From an uncultured virus (IMG/VR IMGVR_UViG_3300042540_000426) (lineage: Duplodnaviria; Heunggongvirae; Uroviricota; Caudoviricetes): a stretch of 64,000 nt of DNA. The notes beneath the pieces were generated by a model. It was not told where the DNA came from, ran no database searches, and saw nothing but the letters and a program-made list of their open reading frames with translations. Below are positions 8,148-19,253 of this stretch, one piece after another. Where the stretch lies: the IMG/VR virus record IMGVR_UViG_3300042540_000426; one strand, given 5' to 3'. Made by a program: the position numbers and the translations under genes. The number at the start of each line of letters is the position of its first letter. The stretch's first letter is position 1.

Positions 8148-11100
8148 ACTTATTAAGCGCCTCAGCCATCTTGATTCTAATTGCGCGTAACTGCTTGATT
8201 TTCTCAGCTTTCTCGTCAGCGCTCATGCGCTTGTCTTCACGAACCGCTTTTTCAGCGGCAGCTAGCTGACCCATCTCTCTAGTAAACGCACCGGCGGCTT
8301 GCTCAATCATCAACTCGTTGCTGTATTTACGTACAAAGGCTTCGATCTCTTCTTTGTTGCCCTTGGCGGCAATCTGCTTTAGCGTATTAGAAGCTTGTTG
8401 CGCGCGCTCTGCGGTCTCGTAGGCTGCGTTAATTACCCCGCTTGCATCGTTAGGTTGAAAGAAACCGCCAACAATTGGGTACTGGCTAGGCATTTTGGTG
8501 GGTGAAGCCACGTCTGTTGTTGGTGCAAGCACAGGATTTAAGGCGCTAGTAAGCGCAAGCGTTAGGCCACCGCCGTATGCCTTGGCTAAGTAATCAAGCA
8601 TCACAGGCGATAGCAGTTCTTTATCAAGGCTAGATACCCACTTGGCTAATTCAGTTGTTTGTGGGCGCTCTCTGTAGCCGGGCAGCATTCTTTTCTCTTT
8701 TGCGGACTCAATATCTTGACCGGTAAAGAACGAGAAATTAGCAGTTGCTTCGATTGCTGGCTTGATTGCCTGCGGTAAACCAATTGGGTTACTGTTAGAA
8801 GCGGCTTGCTTGAAGAACTTAAGTACGTTCTTAGCTTCTTCGTCATTAAACATCATGTTAAATACTGCTTCGGGTAAACCCTTAAACACGTATCCAAATT
8901 CAAACGGTGTTGGGACTCTGATCGGTTCGTCAAGGAACGGCACCCTGATAAACCAACTGTTGTACTTAACAAACGGATCAGCATTTTTATATGCCTCGTC
9001 GTCTTGCATAGCTGCAGCGTACATCATGGTAAACAACGCCAAGTACGTACCGCGCTTAAACATCTTCATACGCAAATCTTTTTGTCCGCCTAGGTTGCTA
9101 GTTCCCTTAAACGACTTGGCAAACATAGTCAAACCTTGAACCTGTGTGTTCATGAACGGTACCAAAGTAGACATCCAATACACGCTTGGCGATAAACCAC
9201 GCTTATTTACGTTTAGCGACTCTAAAACAGCTAGCTTAGCCCGCATAGGCGTCATGCCTTGTTTTAGGTATGCGTTGTACATAGCTACACGGGTAGCCGC
9301 ATCACCCTTCATAGCGGCCCGATCTAATTTAGCTAGCAACATTTGCCAACCCGTTTTACCACTGGTAATCTGCAACATGATTCTGCTCATGTCCTCTGGC
9401 ATACCGGTAAACAGTTGACCGCCCACTAAACCAGCTCGTTGTAGTTCTTTCTCAGTCTGGTTCTTGTTAGCCCACATGCTGCCAAGTTCTTTGGTAGCGT
9501 CAATTACAGGCTTAGCATTTGCGCCTGAGTAAAGCCACATTGCCGTAGAGTCTTTAATGATCTGCCGCACAGAATACGCAGGATCTCTAGTAATCATGGT
9601 GCGCAGCCAACGGCTTGGCAAACCTAAAATCTTAACTGCCACAGGTATCTGCAGCTTAATACCGTCAAGCCCTTTAATTAACAGGTCAGCAGGTATATCT
9701 TCAAAAGGTGTATCTTTGGTATTCAAGCGCCAAGCCGCATCCACACCGTCTATTTTTGCCCTAATAATGTCTGTGCCAGTTAGCTTGGGGCTAACACGTG
9801 TGGCAATTTTAGTCTGCCCTGTGCCAATCTTCTCAAGTTGTTGGGCTAATTGACCTGTGGCTAAGTTACGTAAAGCTAAATCAACCAATACAGCTGTATT
9901 TTGAAACGCGCTTTCTTCAAAGTTGACCAACATCTCTTTGCCGCCAACCAACTCATCTAGGTAAGGCTGATCTGTTAAACGCCCTACATTTATAACTTGC
10001 TCGCCTGAGATAACTAGTTGCGCAATACCGTCACGCACCCTGTAAAAAGGCACGTAATCGTTGTATTTAGTTAATCGAGCACCTTCTTCTTTAGAAATAG
10101 CGCCTGTCTGAACTGCAAAATTAATTAAATCTTTGTTGTACTCAGCATAAACTTTAGCCGCTTCTTCAAATATAGGTTTAGCGCCGGCTTGTTCAATATT
10201 AGCAACAACGTCTTTTAATTCTTTTTCTGTTATCCGTAAGTCTGAAGCTAGCGTTTTTAACCCAACACGCTTAGCACGTATAGCTACTAAATACAAACCA
10301 AACAAATTATTAATGGCCTGCGCATTACCAAGCATTTTTGCTCGTTGCAATATATTGCCAACCTTAATTAAGTTAGCGCCATCTTTTTTACCAAGCACTT
10401 CCATTTCACCAGCGGCATTCTTAGTTAGCTGTGGTACGCCATCAGTAGCAGATTGAGCCGTCAAATTTAAACGCTGATCTGTTTGACGTAAGTACATAGT
10501 AGTTTGCAAAGCTGACACAGAGTCAATCATGCCTGCGCTCTCGGCTTTTTCTATAATCTTTGTGGCAGGCGCTAAGCGGTCAATAAACTGTGTGTAACCA
10601 GGCAAGCCAAGCACGTTTGCAAAAATGCCATCTTTAACTGATTTTTTCTGCGCAAACAGTTTGTTAATAACATCAATCGACTTCTGTTCTACTTCACGGC
10701 TGTAACTTGTAGGGGCCAAGAAAGCTGTTTTGCCGTCAGGAGTTCTGTATGCTCCGAGCCTGCCACCCTCATATTGCTTTTTAGCTTCGCGGATTAAATT
10801 AAATATTTCCTGCGTTGTTTTGCTAGGCATGTTGTCAAAGCCAGCGCCCGTAAAGAACTTGCGCACGGCGTTAACAATCATCTTAATAAAGTCTTTTAAA
10901 GCTGAGCTTGCTTTGCTAGGTAACGGACGTTCTGCGGTGTGTGCTACCATTTCACGAGTAACAAGCATGCGCATTGCTTCTTCAGACATGTTAGTGCCTT
11001 TAGCTGCGGCAAAAGCTTCAGTTACATCATCATATACACCTAGTTCAGTAGCTAATTTAAGTACGCCTTCTTCTCCATCGGCAAACACTTTTTTAACAAG

Positions 11101-14100
11101 CGCCTTCATGCCCGCCGGGCCAAGTAAAGTATCTACTGCGTAGTGTCCAATAAGCTCGTGCTCAATGGTTTCTTGCAGGTCATTTAGGTCCGTGTGCGCG
11201 TCACCAATAACTACTACTGTGCCATCAGGCATTACGCCACCACGAACTTTAGTCAAGTCTTTGCCAGCGGCAACCGCATCGTTTATAAATTGTTGCGGTG
11301 CATCAGAAATGTTTTTAGCGTATATAAAGTTAACGCCTGTAGCTAACGTTACTTTTTTACTACTTGTTTCTTCAATAGTTTTTTCAGCTTGTTGTGTATT
11401 TAAACCAACTGCTTGAAGTGCTTTTTTGTACGCTTGAGCAACAGTTGCACTATATTCAACAGAATCGTCTATATATAAAGCAGAATGTGCTTTGTGCCAT
11501 TCATTACCTATTTGGCCTCTGTCAGTAGCCATCATGTATTCAATATATTCTTTAAAATCTTCGTAATTTTCTTTTTTAGCGTACTCTACAAAGTTTTCAT
11601 GAATTATTGATTTGTCTTTGTTGTAAAGTTTTCTTAATGCTTCAAATATTTCGTTGTTAAAAGTTTCATCAAAAACAGATGCTTTATCTACGCCTTTTTC
11701 AAATTTGTCTTTGTTGTAAATAGCTTTGTACGTATTTTCAAATAACGTAAGCACCCCACCTGTAACTTTGTCCGCACTATGCTCAAGATCGCCCATAGCA
11801 TCAGGCCAATGGGTACCGTATTTTTTATAAAAGTTATCACTAAAATCAGAAGTATCGTCAATGCCAAGAGATAAGCCACTCAAAGCATTTTGAACAATCA
11901 TTTTTCTAAAGTCAGCATTAACATCGGCTAATTTAGGTATTTTTATTGGCAGACTAAACGCGCCTAAAGCAGTGGTTACAGCACGCCTTGTTGGGTCAAA
12001 CCCTTGCTTTTTAATTAAGTCATTAATAAACGAGTCTGCAACAAACATATCAATGCCGCCCGATTTGCCGGGTTTGTCACGGAACATTGTTCTGTTAATT
12101 GTTTCTTTATCGTCAAATTCAGCTTCAACTTGTCCTTGAGAATAAAATTCGTCTAACGCTTTGTTGTATAGCGTTGTTTTGTTAAGAGCAACGTATTTAT
12201 CAAAAGCTTCACCTTGTAACCCAAGTTCTTTGGCCTTTTTCTTAGCCACAGTTTCAGCAGCACGAGCAAAACTATTGGTTCCTGTACGAAGCGCATGCTT
12301 ATGTACAGCTTTTTCAGGATTATTACCAATACGTAAAAGATCTTTTTCTGCATTAAGTAAAACTTGTAGTTCTCTAGCTGCTTCACGCGCAGCGTTTGCA
12401 TTTGTTGTGTTTCCAAGTTTAGCGGCAACTACAGCTTGCGCATTAAAGTCTTTTATAGTGTCTTCTAGCTCTTGCAAAGACATTCTGTTTTCAGATGTGC
12501 TTTCTTTGATTTCTTTACGAGCTTTGTAGCTAAGCACAAAATCAACTGCGTTTTCAATAGACTCAAGATTAATATCACGCAAAGCTCTTTCGCCACGGGC
12601 ATTCAAACGCCCTATCATTTGCTTAATAACTTCTTTCTTCTTTTCTAGCTCATCAATAAGCTCTTTAGGCGCTTTAAGTTTGTTTTGCTCGTAAATTTGA
12701 TCTTGATATTCGTTTTTCTTAGCATTAAGCGTCTGCGACATGATCATCATAGCTTGCGTTTTATCCGCAGCCTGCTCTGCTTCAGACTTTAATTTGGTTT
12801 CGGTTGGGGTAATTGCTAATTTCTGCACAGCAGAAACAGCTAATTTCATTTTGTCTTTTGTTTTTTGTAAATCTTCATAAGCTTTAGTTAACGCTTTTTC
12901 TTGTTGCGCACCTAATTTTTTTGGTGTACCGTTTTTACTAACAGCTATTTCAATTGCTGGTGCTTTTTCTTTTGGCCCAAGCTCTTTAATAATAGTTGCA
13001 AGATCAACAAAAGGCGTTAGTTCTTTAACTTTTTTAGCGGTTTTAGGTATTACTCCCGTTTCGCTTGCTAGTTTTTGTGCTTCAAGACGCGCAATCTTGT
13101 CTTCAAGCAAAGTAATCTGCATTTGATCTGCCGCAAAAGCAGCGCCAGCAGCACGTTGTTTTTGTAACGTTTCTAAAGTTTTAGCGTTAACTTTTGTACT
13201 AGATTTAACTGTGTATGTAATTCCGTTGTACACAACACGATACTGTTTAGTTTGGCTTACTATTTGTGCATTAGCTTGCGCGGCCGCTTTAACACGTTCC
13301 GCAATAGTTTTATCAAGTAGCGCACGCTCATCTCTAAAATTTTTACCTTCTGCAGAAATACTTTGCTTTTGTTCTTTTGTAGGTTGCTTAAACTGTTTAA
13401 GTAAATCATTAAGTTTTTTTCTAGCTTCTACAACAGTTTCATCAGCGTTTACAGCAGCGCGTACTTTGTCTAAATCTAAAGCAGATTCAATACTCTTAAT
13501 AGTTTCGTCTGAATAGCTAAAAAGTTGCGTTGCCGCTTTTTTAGCTTCGAGTGTGTCTTCACGTTCTTTTTTAGTAGCGGGCAGCTCGTTAAATTCTTTA
13601 GCTTGTAAAACTTTTAACTTGGCATCGTACTCTTCCATTTTAGCTTGAGCCGCAGTGCGCATTTTTAACGCATGCAAATGCCGTTCAGGAGCAGTTTTAA
13701 TAGACTCTAAAACCGCTTTATGGTGCGCATAACGAGCCATTAATACTTCTTCTAGCTCAGACGAAGCGTTAGTAAGTAATGTTTCGTAAACGCTTTTTGG
13801 TTTTAGCTTTTTATCTTTACGGCTAACGTACGCTTTATCTTCTTTTACGTATACTTTTACGCCTATTATGTTTTCAATATCTTTTATGCGGTCTATAAAT
13901 TTTTTACGAATATCAAAATACTGTTGTTTACGCTGCTGTTGTTCTTCTGTACGAACGCTTGTACCTCGAATAAATCCAGGAATATTTGCAAATCTATAGT
14001 CTGCATTTAACTGACTAAGCTCACTAGCTATTTCATTAAGTAAACGTACATAGCCAGCAAATGTATCTGTAAGTTCGTTTTCTTCTTTAGCGTTCTGTGC

Positions 14101-17100
14101 AGCTTGTTGTAGCGTTTTAACTTGCTCTGCTATAGTGCCATCAGGAGCATAGTAAAAATAAGGGTCTTTGGCATATTGAGATGCCGGACGACGAAGCGCC
14201 GAAGCAAGCGTTGCACGCCCCATGCCACTAGGTTTAGCAAACTGAGTAAGCCATTCTTCGGTTTCTTTTAAGCGTTTATTAAGTTCTGCTAAAAAACCAA
14301 TATCTTTAAGATCTTTTACTCGCCCAAGCTCTTCAATTTGTTCGTTAATGTCTTTAAGTTGACGATTAGCTGCTCTTTTGCTTTGGGTAAATAACTCTAA
14401 CTGAGCGCCTTCTTCAACATCAGCGTAACTGTCTAGCAACTTGTTAATGTCTTTAGCTACATCACCTGCATATTTTTTGTTTACGTCTTGCCCAAGCGTA
14501 AGCCTATGTAACTGTTCGTCTACTAAATCAAGTACGTTGTCAATTTGTTTGTTGTCAACATCGTCTCGTTTATCTTGTTCAATTTTGCCTTTAACAAAAG
14601 TAGATGCCCGTATTAAAGTTCTGCCTACATCAAAAGCATTTTTTGGCAAACCAAGTTGATTTTGTAAACGGCTACCAACATTAAGAGCGTTATCCAACAA
14701 ACGATCAATGCGCTTTTGATCTGTTTCTTTAGGTTGTTTTTCAGTTTTTTGTAAAGTTAAAAGGTCACGTTCTTTTGGAATTCTTTTTAAAGGGCCACCT
14801 GTTTCGCCAGGCTTTTTCTCTTTAAACTTACCGCGCATCAAGCTGTACTTTATTTGCGCTAATTTATCTTGCACGTAACCACGATGCTCTACCAGTTGAG
14901 GTGCTTTTGATTTTTCAAACCCTGTCATGCGCTCAGATGGTTGCCCCGTAGCTCTTGCACCAATACCAAATGCACGTAAATCTTTAACTAAATTAGCAGG
15001 CAGTCTTGGACCATAGTCAAACCCAACACTGCCCAAAGCGTATTCACGACTTAAATACGGTTGTGTTCCTTCAGGCGCTTCTTGTGTTGTGTCTAAATTT
15101 TCATACCCAACTATCTTACGGGTTGTATAGGCAGGTCTTGCAATTTTGCCAGCACGCATTTGCGCTGGAATAGTAACTTCTTCATAAATAGGTTTAGCTT
15201 TACCAGATTGAACTTGGGCAAATTCGTTTTCTTTTAGTTGCCCACGAGCAATAGCGTCTGTTAAAACTGCATCAAGTTGCTCAGCTATTGATTTAGCTTC
15301 GCCTTCAGTTAAAGGGTCTAAGCCATTAGATTTACGATACGCATCTGCTTGAATTAAGGCACTATTAATATAGTCTTGCTTTAATTCATCAAGTTTTTGT
15401 ATAGCTAACTCTTTGGTTGTTGCAGCGCCTTCGTATCCTTTACCTAAAAAAGAATTTTCAGCAACATCATCAAGCGTAAGCCGGATATCATCAAAAAGCT
15501 CTTGCTGTTTGTCTATTTGACGACGTGTTTCTTTTTGATACTCAAGCTGGCTTAAATTAGGTGCAACTAAATCAACAGACTGCGGTAGCTTACGTTTTGC
15601 TTCTATTAAAGCAAGATTAACAGTTTCTTTGTCTTTATTTAGCTCAAGAGTACGTTTAGCCGCATTTGCTAAACGCTCAAGTTCGACGTATGCAGCTTCA
15701 TTAGCAATTGCTTGATTGTAAAACTTTGTGGGTTTTCCGGCGTCGTCAAAAAACTTTTTATCTAAAAGCTCCATGCGTGAAGCTTTGTATGCTTTTAGTC
15801 TTTCTTGCAAAATGGGATATGCCAGTCTAGCGTTTTCAAGCACTTCATCACGTTGCTCAGGCGTCATGTCAGCAGTTTCAATTAACTGCTGTGATTTTTG
15901 ACCTAATTCTTTTTCAGCGCCTAAGCCTAAAAGATTTTTTACATCTTTGGTTAATATTCCAGCATCGATATTTGCTTCTAGTTTTTTACGCTCGTTTGAT
16001 GTAACTTGTTTGCCGGACTTATTTAATAGTTGCTCAAGCCCTTTTTGACGAATAAGTCCAGGTTCAGAAACATCAAGCGGTATACCTTCTTTTGGATCGT
16101 AACGTCCAGTAGTTTCGCTAGTAACTGTATAGCCTTTACGCGTTGCCAGTCTTGCATCAACGTAATCACGGGCAAAATCAGAAGCGCTACGAATCTCATC
16201 AATCTGTTGCTGTAAAAATGCTTTACGGGCTTCTTCTTGTGCTGTAAGTTTTTCTCTAGCTTCTTTTTCTTTTAACTTTTGCAGGTCAAGCATTGCACGA
16301 TCGGCGTCTGCTTTTTCTTTTAGCGTTAACTCTCTACCGGCAACGGCACCTGATTTAGTAAGCCCCGGTATGACATTACCAAACTCGTCAGTAACTAAGT
16401 CCGCAGTAGCAGCAATTTCTTTAGTCTGCTTTTGAATTCTCTCTTGCTCTTTGCGTTGCGCTAAAGTTGGGGGTAGCCCTGGTGTATCAGGTGCAATCTC
16501 ACGCAGGCTTTCTGTAATCTGGTCAAGCTCAAGACGTAAGTTTTTTCTTTCAGCAGCAGCTTCGCGCTTTAACTGTTTTTCTTCGTCAGTCTGTGATTTA
16601 ATCTTAAGAATGCCGTCAAGTACGGTCATCTCTTCTTGTAGTCTATCACGCTTTGACACTAGCTCGTTTACGTATTCAGGCGTAGCTTTGTACGCTTCTT
16701 CCTCAGCAGTTTGAGCAGCAAACTGTTCTGCTCTACGTTTTTCTGTAATATCTGCAAGTTCTGATCTAGCTTGCGCACGGCTTACTGGTGAAGCAAGAGC
16801 ACCGACGCTAGGACCAACCAACCCAGCCTGATATGCCGCTTCGCCATATTCTTTTAAAGCGTCTGGGCTAAACAAATCAAGCCCTGCCTGTGAACGTTCC
16901 AGAATCTGTTGTGCAACTTCAGTAGGTATTTCAACTAAACCACGAGCCGCACCTCTTCCAAGTGTTGGCGCCAAACTAGCCTGTGCATTCTTAACAAGGT
17001 CTGCCTCATACTTAGCTGCATTTTTAGCGAGTCCTTCAGCAAGTTCTTTTTCGCTCTGCCCAAGAACTTTACCAACAAGCCGTTTACCTAAAGTAAAGCC

Positions 17101-17709
17101 AAGAGAACCAACCTCAAGTGCGGCAGCAGGTGCGGCTGCGCCATACGCCCTAGCTAAACTAGGATCAATTTCTTTACCAGCGGCTTCTTGTTCTTGCGCC
17201 TGTCGAATAATATTTTGCCCTGATATGGGCAGTAAAGAAGCACCAAAGCCTCCCAACGCACCGCCAATAATGCCGGGTAAACCCGCAACAGAACCAATAC
17301 GTGCACCAGTAGCAGCCGAACCAAGAGAAGCCGCAATCTGCGGTGCCATTCCAGAAACAGCCAAAGGTGCTTGACGAGCAAGTTCACCAGCCCCGCCTAA
17401 GAGCCCTCTTTCTTGATATGCTTTTTTAAGTTTGTCTAGTCCTACGCCAGACTCAAACTCTGCCCCGCGTGCCTGCTCTTCAAGCAATGCTTGTCTTGCA
17501 GCTTCTTTGGGGGCAAATGGTGCGGTAAGAGCAGCTTTAGTGCTGCCTACTAAACTAGCAAGACCTTCAGAAAACTCAGCGCCTAAACCTTCTTTTTTCT
17601 TGAATGCTTCAGGAAAATCTCTACGAACTATAAGCTGAGCTTGCTCTACTGGAACGGCTTCATCAAAGCCTATAATTCTTCCGTCAGGCAGCTTAACCCC
17701 ATAGGTCAT
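8134..17709 (-). CDS. giant ejection/polyvalent protein with zincin motif and C-terminal LPD38-like domain
   Basis: 3191 aa, last gene of the late operon after other ejection genes; EHELIGHY near 11140-11165; C-terminal NSWFIRVPF...IRVPTPFEFG. Confidence 0.8.
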   Translation of the reverse strand: MTYGVKLPDGRIIGFDEAVPVEQAQLIVRRDFPEAFKKKEGLGAEFSEGLASLVGSTKAALTAPFAPKEAARQALLEEQARGAEFESGVGLDKLKKAYQERGLLGGAGELARQAPLAVSGMAPQIAASLGSAATGARIGSVAGLPGIIGGALGGFGASLLPISGQNIIRQAQEQEAAGKEIDPSLARAYGAAAPAAALEVGSLGFTLGKRLVGKVLGQSEKELAEGLAKNAAKYEADLVKNAQASLAPTLGRGAARGLVEIPTEVAQQILERSQAGLDLFSPDALKEYGEAAYQAGLVGPSVGALASPVSRAQARSELADITEKRRAEQFAAQTAEEEAYKATPEYVNELVSKRDRLQEEMTVLDGILKIKSQTDEEKQLKREAAAERKNLRLELDQITESLREIAPDTPGLPPTLAQRKEQERIQKQTKEIAATADLVTDEFGNVIPGLTKSGAVAGRELTLKEKADADRAMLDLQKLKEKEAREKLTAQEEARKAFLQQQIDEIRSASDFARDYVDARLATRKGYTVTSETTGRYDPKEGIPLDVSEPGLIRQKGLEQLLNKSGKQVTSNERKKLEANIDAGILTKDVKNLLGLGAEKELGQKSQQLIETADMTPEQRDEVLENARLAYPILQERLKAYKASRMELLDKKFFDDAGKPTKFYNQAIANEAAYVELERLANAAKRTLELNKDKETVNLALIEAKRKLPQSVDLVAPNLSQLEYQKETRRQIDKQQELFDDIRLTLDDVAENSFLGKGYEGAATTKELAIQKLDELKQDYINSALIQADAYRKSNGLDPLTEGEAKSIAEQLDAVLTDAIARGQLKENEFAQVQSGKAKPIYEEVTIPAQMRAGKIARPAYTTRKIVGYENLDTTQEAPEGTQPYLSREYALGSVGFDYGPRLPANLVKDLRAFGIGARATGQPSERMTGFEKSKAPQLVEHRGYVQDKLAQIKYSLMRGKFKEKKPGETGGPLKRIPKERDLLTLQKTEKQPKETDQKRIDRLLDNALNVGSRLQNQLGLPKNAFDVGRTLIRASTFVKGKIEQDKRDDVDNKQIDNVLDLVDEQLHRLTLGQDVNKKYAGDVAKDINKLLDSYADVEEGAQLELFTQSKRAANRQLKDINEQIEELGRVKDLKDIGFLAELNKRLKETEEWLTQFAKPSGMGRATLASALRRPASQYAKDPYFYYAPDGTIAEQVKTLQQAAQNAKEENELTDTFAGYVRLLNEIASELSQLNADYRFANIPGFIRGTSVRTEEQQQRKQQYFDIRKKFIDRIKDIENIIGVKVYVKEDKAYVSRKDKKLKPKSVYETLLTNASSELEEVLMARYAHHKAVLESIKTAPERHLHALKMRTAAQAKMEEYDAKLKVLQAKEFNELPATKKEREDTLEAKKAATQLFSYSDETIKSIESALDLDKVRAAVNADETVVEARKKLNDLLKQFKQPTKEQKQSISAEGKNFRDERALLDKTIAERVKAAAQANAQIVSQTKQYRVVYNGITYTVKSSTKVNAKTLETLQKQRAAGAAFAADQMQITLLEDKIARLEAQKLASETGVIPKTAKKVKELTPFVDLATIIKELGPKEKAPAIEIAVSKNGTPKKLGAQQEKALTKAYEDLQKTKDKMKLAVSAVQKLAITPTETKLKSEAEQAADKTQAMMIMSQTLNAKKNEYQDQIYEQNKLKAPKELIDELEKKKEVIKQMIGRLNARGERALRDINLESIENAVDFVLSYKARKEIKESTSENRMSLQELEDTIKDFNAQAVVAAKLGNTTNANAAREAARELQVLLNAEKDLLRIGNNPEKAVHKHALRTGTNSFARAAETVAKKKAKELGLQGEAFDKYVALNKTTLYNKALDEFYSQGQVEAEFDDKETINRTMFRDKPGKSGGIDMFVADSFINDLIKKQGFDPTRRAVTTALGAFSLPIKIPKLADVNADFRKMIVQNALSGLSLGIDDTSDFSDNFYKKYGTHWPDAMGDLEHSADKVTGGVLTLFENTYKAIYNKDKFEKGVDKASVFDETFNNEIFEALRKLYNKDKSIIHENFVEYAKKENYEDFKEYIEYMMATDRGQIGNEWHKAHSALYIDDSVEYSATVAQAYKKALQAVGLNTQQAEKTIEETSSKKVTLATGVNFIYAKNISDAPQQFINDAVAAGKDLTKVRGGVMPDGTVVVIGDAHTDLNDLQETIEHELIGHYAVDTLLGPAGMKALVKKVFADGEEGVLKLATELGVYDDVTEAFAAAKGTNMSEEAMRMLVTREMVAHTAERPLPSKASSALKDFIKMIVNAVRKFFTGAGFDNMPSKTTQEIFNLIREAKKQYEGGRLGAYRTPDGKTAFLAPTSYSREVEQKSIDVINKLFAQKKSVKDGIFANVLGLPGYTQFIDRLAPATKIIEKAESAGMIDSVSALQTTMYLRQTDQRLNLTAQSATDGVPQLTKNAAGEMEVLGKKDGANLIKVGNILQRAKMLGNAQAINNLFGLYLVAIRAKRVGLKTLASDLRITEKELKDVVANIEQAGAKPIFEEAAKVYAEYNKDLINFAVQTGAISKEEGARLTKYNDYVPFYRVRDGIAQLVISGEQVINVGRLTDQPYLDELVGGKEMLVNFEESAFQNTAVLVDLALRNLATGQLAQQLEKIGTGQTKIATRVSPKLTGTDIIRAKIDGVDAAWRLNTKDTPFEDIPADLLIKGLDGIKLQIPVAVKILGLPSRWLRTMITRDPAYSVRQIIKDSTAMWLYSGANAKPVIDATKELGSMWANKNQTEKELQRAGLVGGQLFTGMPEDMSRIMLQITSGKTGWQMLLAKLDRAAMKGDAATRVAMYNAYLKQGMTPMRAKLAVLESLNVNKRGLSPSVYWMSTLVPFMNTQVQGLTMFAKSFKGTSNLGGQKDLRMKMFKRGTYLALFTMMYAAAMQDDEAYKNADPFVKYNSWFIRVPFLDEPIRVPTPFEFGYVFKGLPEAVFNMMFNDEEAKNVLKFFKQAASNSNPIGLPQAIKPAIEATANFSFFTGQDIESAKEKRMLPGYRERPQTTELAKWVSSLDKELLSPVMLDYLAKAYGGGLTLALTSALNPVLAPTTDVASPTKMPSQYPIVGGFFQPNDASGVINAAYETAERAQQASNTLKQIAAKGNKEEIEAFVRKYSNELMIEQAAGAFTREMGQLAAAEKAVREDKRMSADEKAEKIKQLRAIRIKMAEALNKSKPS

Positions 17710-17732
17710 AAAAAATCCTCAACTTTTAATTA

Positions 17733-19244
17733 CTAAATACGCTTACCGCTAGCGTCATATACAGCACTATACGCCGGTTGTCCTGCGCCTGCAACTTGCG
17801 AGCTCTTATAATTAGGGAAGTTTTTAGCTATCCACTCATCGTAAGTCATAGTAAACCGTAACGGATCTTGTGAATACCTAGCCATCAAAGCTTGATCTTG
17901 CTTTGGATCTTGCTTCATTGTGAAAACTCGTGCATATGTATCGTTTATGTCTTCACCTGGTTTTTGAAGCGCTTTTAAAACTTGAAATTCGCCTGATGGC
18001 CTGTTAGCTGCCATCTTCTGCGCAGCCACATTCTCCATCTGATACAAATGGTCTTGAGCTTGCTTAAAGTATTTAAAGGCTTTGTCTTCTTGCCCTTGCT
18101 CAAACAGTTCATTAGCTTTAGCAATGTTAAGTTTGTATGCTTTAAAGTCTTTTTCGGCTTCTCTGGTTTCTTTACGGGTTGCACCAGATATAGCGGCAAG
18201 AGTCGGCAATCCTTGACTTAACGCCTGTCCTAAAGTTGGTTTAGCAAAGAAAGCACCAGACAGCGCCATTAAACCTTCTCCAAGCCCTTGACGCTTAATC
18301 TTTTCATAATCAGGTGCTTCCGCGCTTAATTGCCCAAACGGGTTAGTGCGCTTCTCAGGGCTTAAACCGGGGGCACCAGTTCTAGTTCCGGCACCGCCAG
18401 CAAGTTCTTGTCTACGTTCAGCGGCTCTAGTATCACCCTTTTGATCTTTCTGATTTAGCATTTGTTGCATTGCCAAACCAATTTCGGCCTGCTCTATATC
18501 CATTGGCGTTACGCCAGCAGCCTTCATATCACGTTTTGTCTGCGCGTCTTTGGCTTCGGCAACGTCTTTTTGTCTAGCAGACGCCATAGCCTTTGTATCT
18601 TTAGATATATCAGCCGGTGTACTTGTAAAGGTGTCGCGCTCACCAGTACGGGCTTCTTTGCCTTTTTGAAAAGCAACGGCTTGCTCTCTTGGCGACATGC
18701 TAAAGAAACGTGAAAACGGTTCTCCAATTAGTTTTTGATAAGCGTCGTATGGGCCAATGTTTGGGGTAAAAATATTGGGCATACCCAACACCTGCGCACG
18801 CTTTTGGATTCTCTCAAGCTCTGGATTACTTTCAACCAACTGCTCATTTTCTTTGCCACTAAACGCCACGATACCGCCATCAGCCATATCAACCATACCC
18901 ATATTAGGGGCAGGCAACTGATCTAATCCAGCCGCAGGCATTGTTTGTGCCATCAATCTATCTTTTACACTAGGCTGTCTTGCTTGCGCTGAAGCTTGAG
19001 CTCCCATAACGGCAGTACGTAAACTCTTACGTCCCATAGCTTCCGCCATAGCCGCGTACTGTGGAATGTCCATACTTCTACCATTAAGCACATCAGCCAA
19101 CTGAGCATCGCTCATTTTACGAGCCAGCGCCATAATCTCATTCATGGTATCGGGCGATTTACCTCGTGGCTGTCCCATAGGTTGTCCAAAAGCCATGCCA
19201 GCCATTTGCTGACCTTTACCTAGTTGTGGCATTCCTTGGTTCAT
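17733..19244 (-). CDS. internal virion/ejection protein
   Basis: A/Q/M-rich helical protein; MADGGIVAF motif; lies between the pilot-like and giant genes. Confidence 0.65.
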   Translation of the reverse strand: MNQGMPQLGKGQQMAGMAFGQPMGQPRGKSPDTMNEIMALARKMSDAQLADVLNGRSMDIPQYAAMAEAMGRKSLRTAVMGAQASAQARQPSVKDRLMAQTMPAAGLDQLPAPNMGMVDMADGGIVAFSGKENEQLVESNPELERIQKRAQVLGMPNIFTPNIGPYDAYQKLIGEPFSRFFSMSPREQAVAFQKGKEARTGERDTFTSTPADISKDTKAMASARQKDVAEAKDAQTKRDMKAAGVTPMDIEQAEIGLAMQQMLNQKDQKGDTRAAERRQELAGGAGTRTGAPGLSPEKRTNPFGQLSAEAPDYEKIKRQGLGEGLMALSGAFFAKPTLGQALSQGLPTLAAISGATRKETREAEKDFKAYKLNIAKANELFEQGQEDKAFKYFKQAQDHLYQMENVAAQKMAANRPSGEFQVLKALQKPGEDINDTYARVFTMKQDPKQDQALMARYSQDPLRFTMTYDEWIAKNFPNYKSSQVAGAGQPAYSAVYDASGKRI

Positions 19245-19253
19245 ATCGTATCC

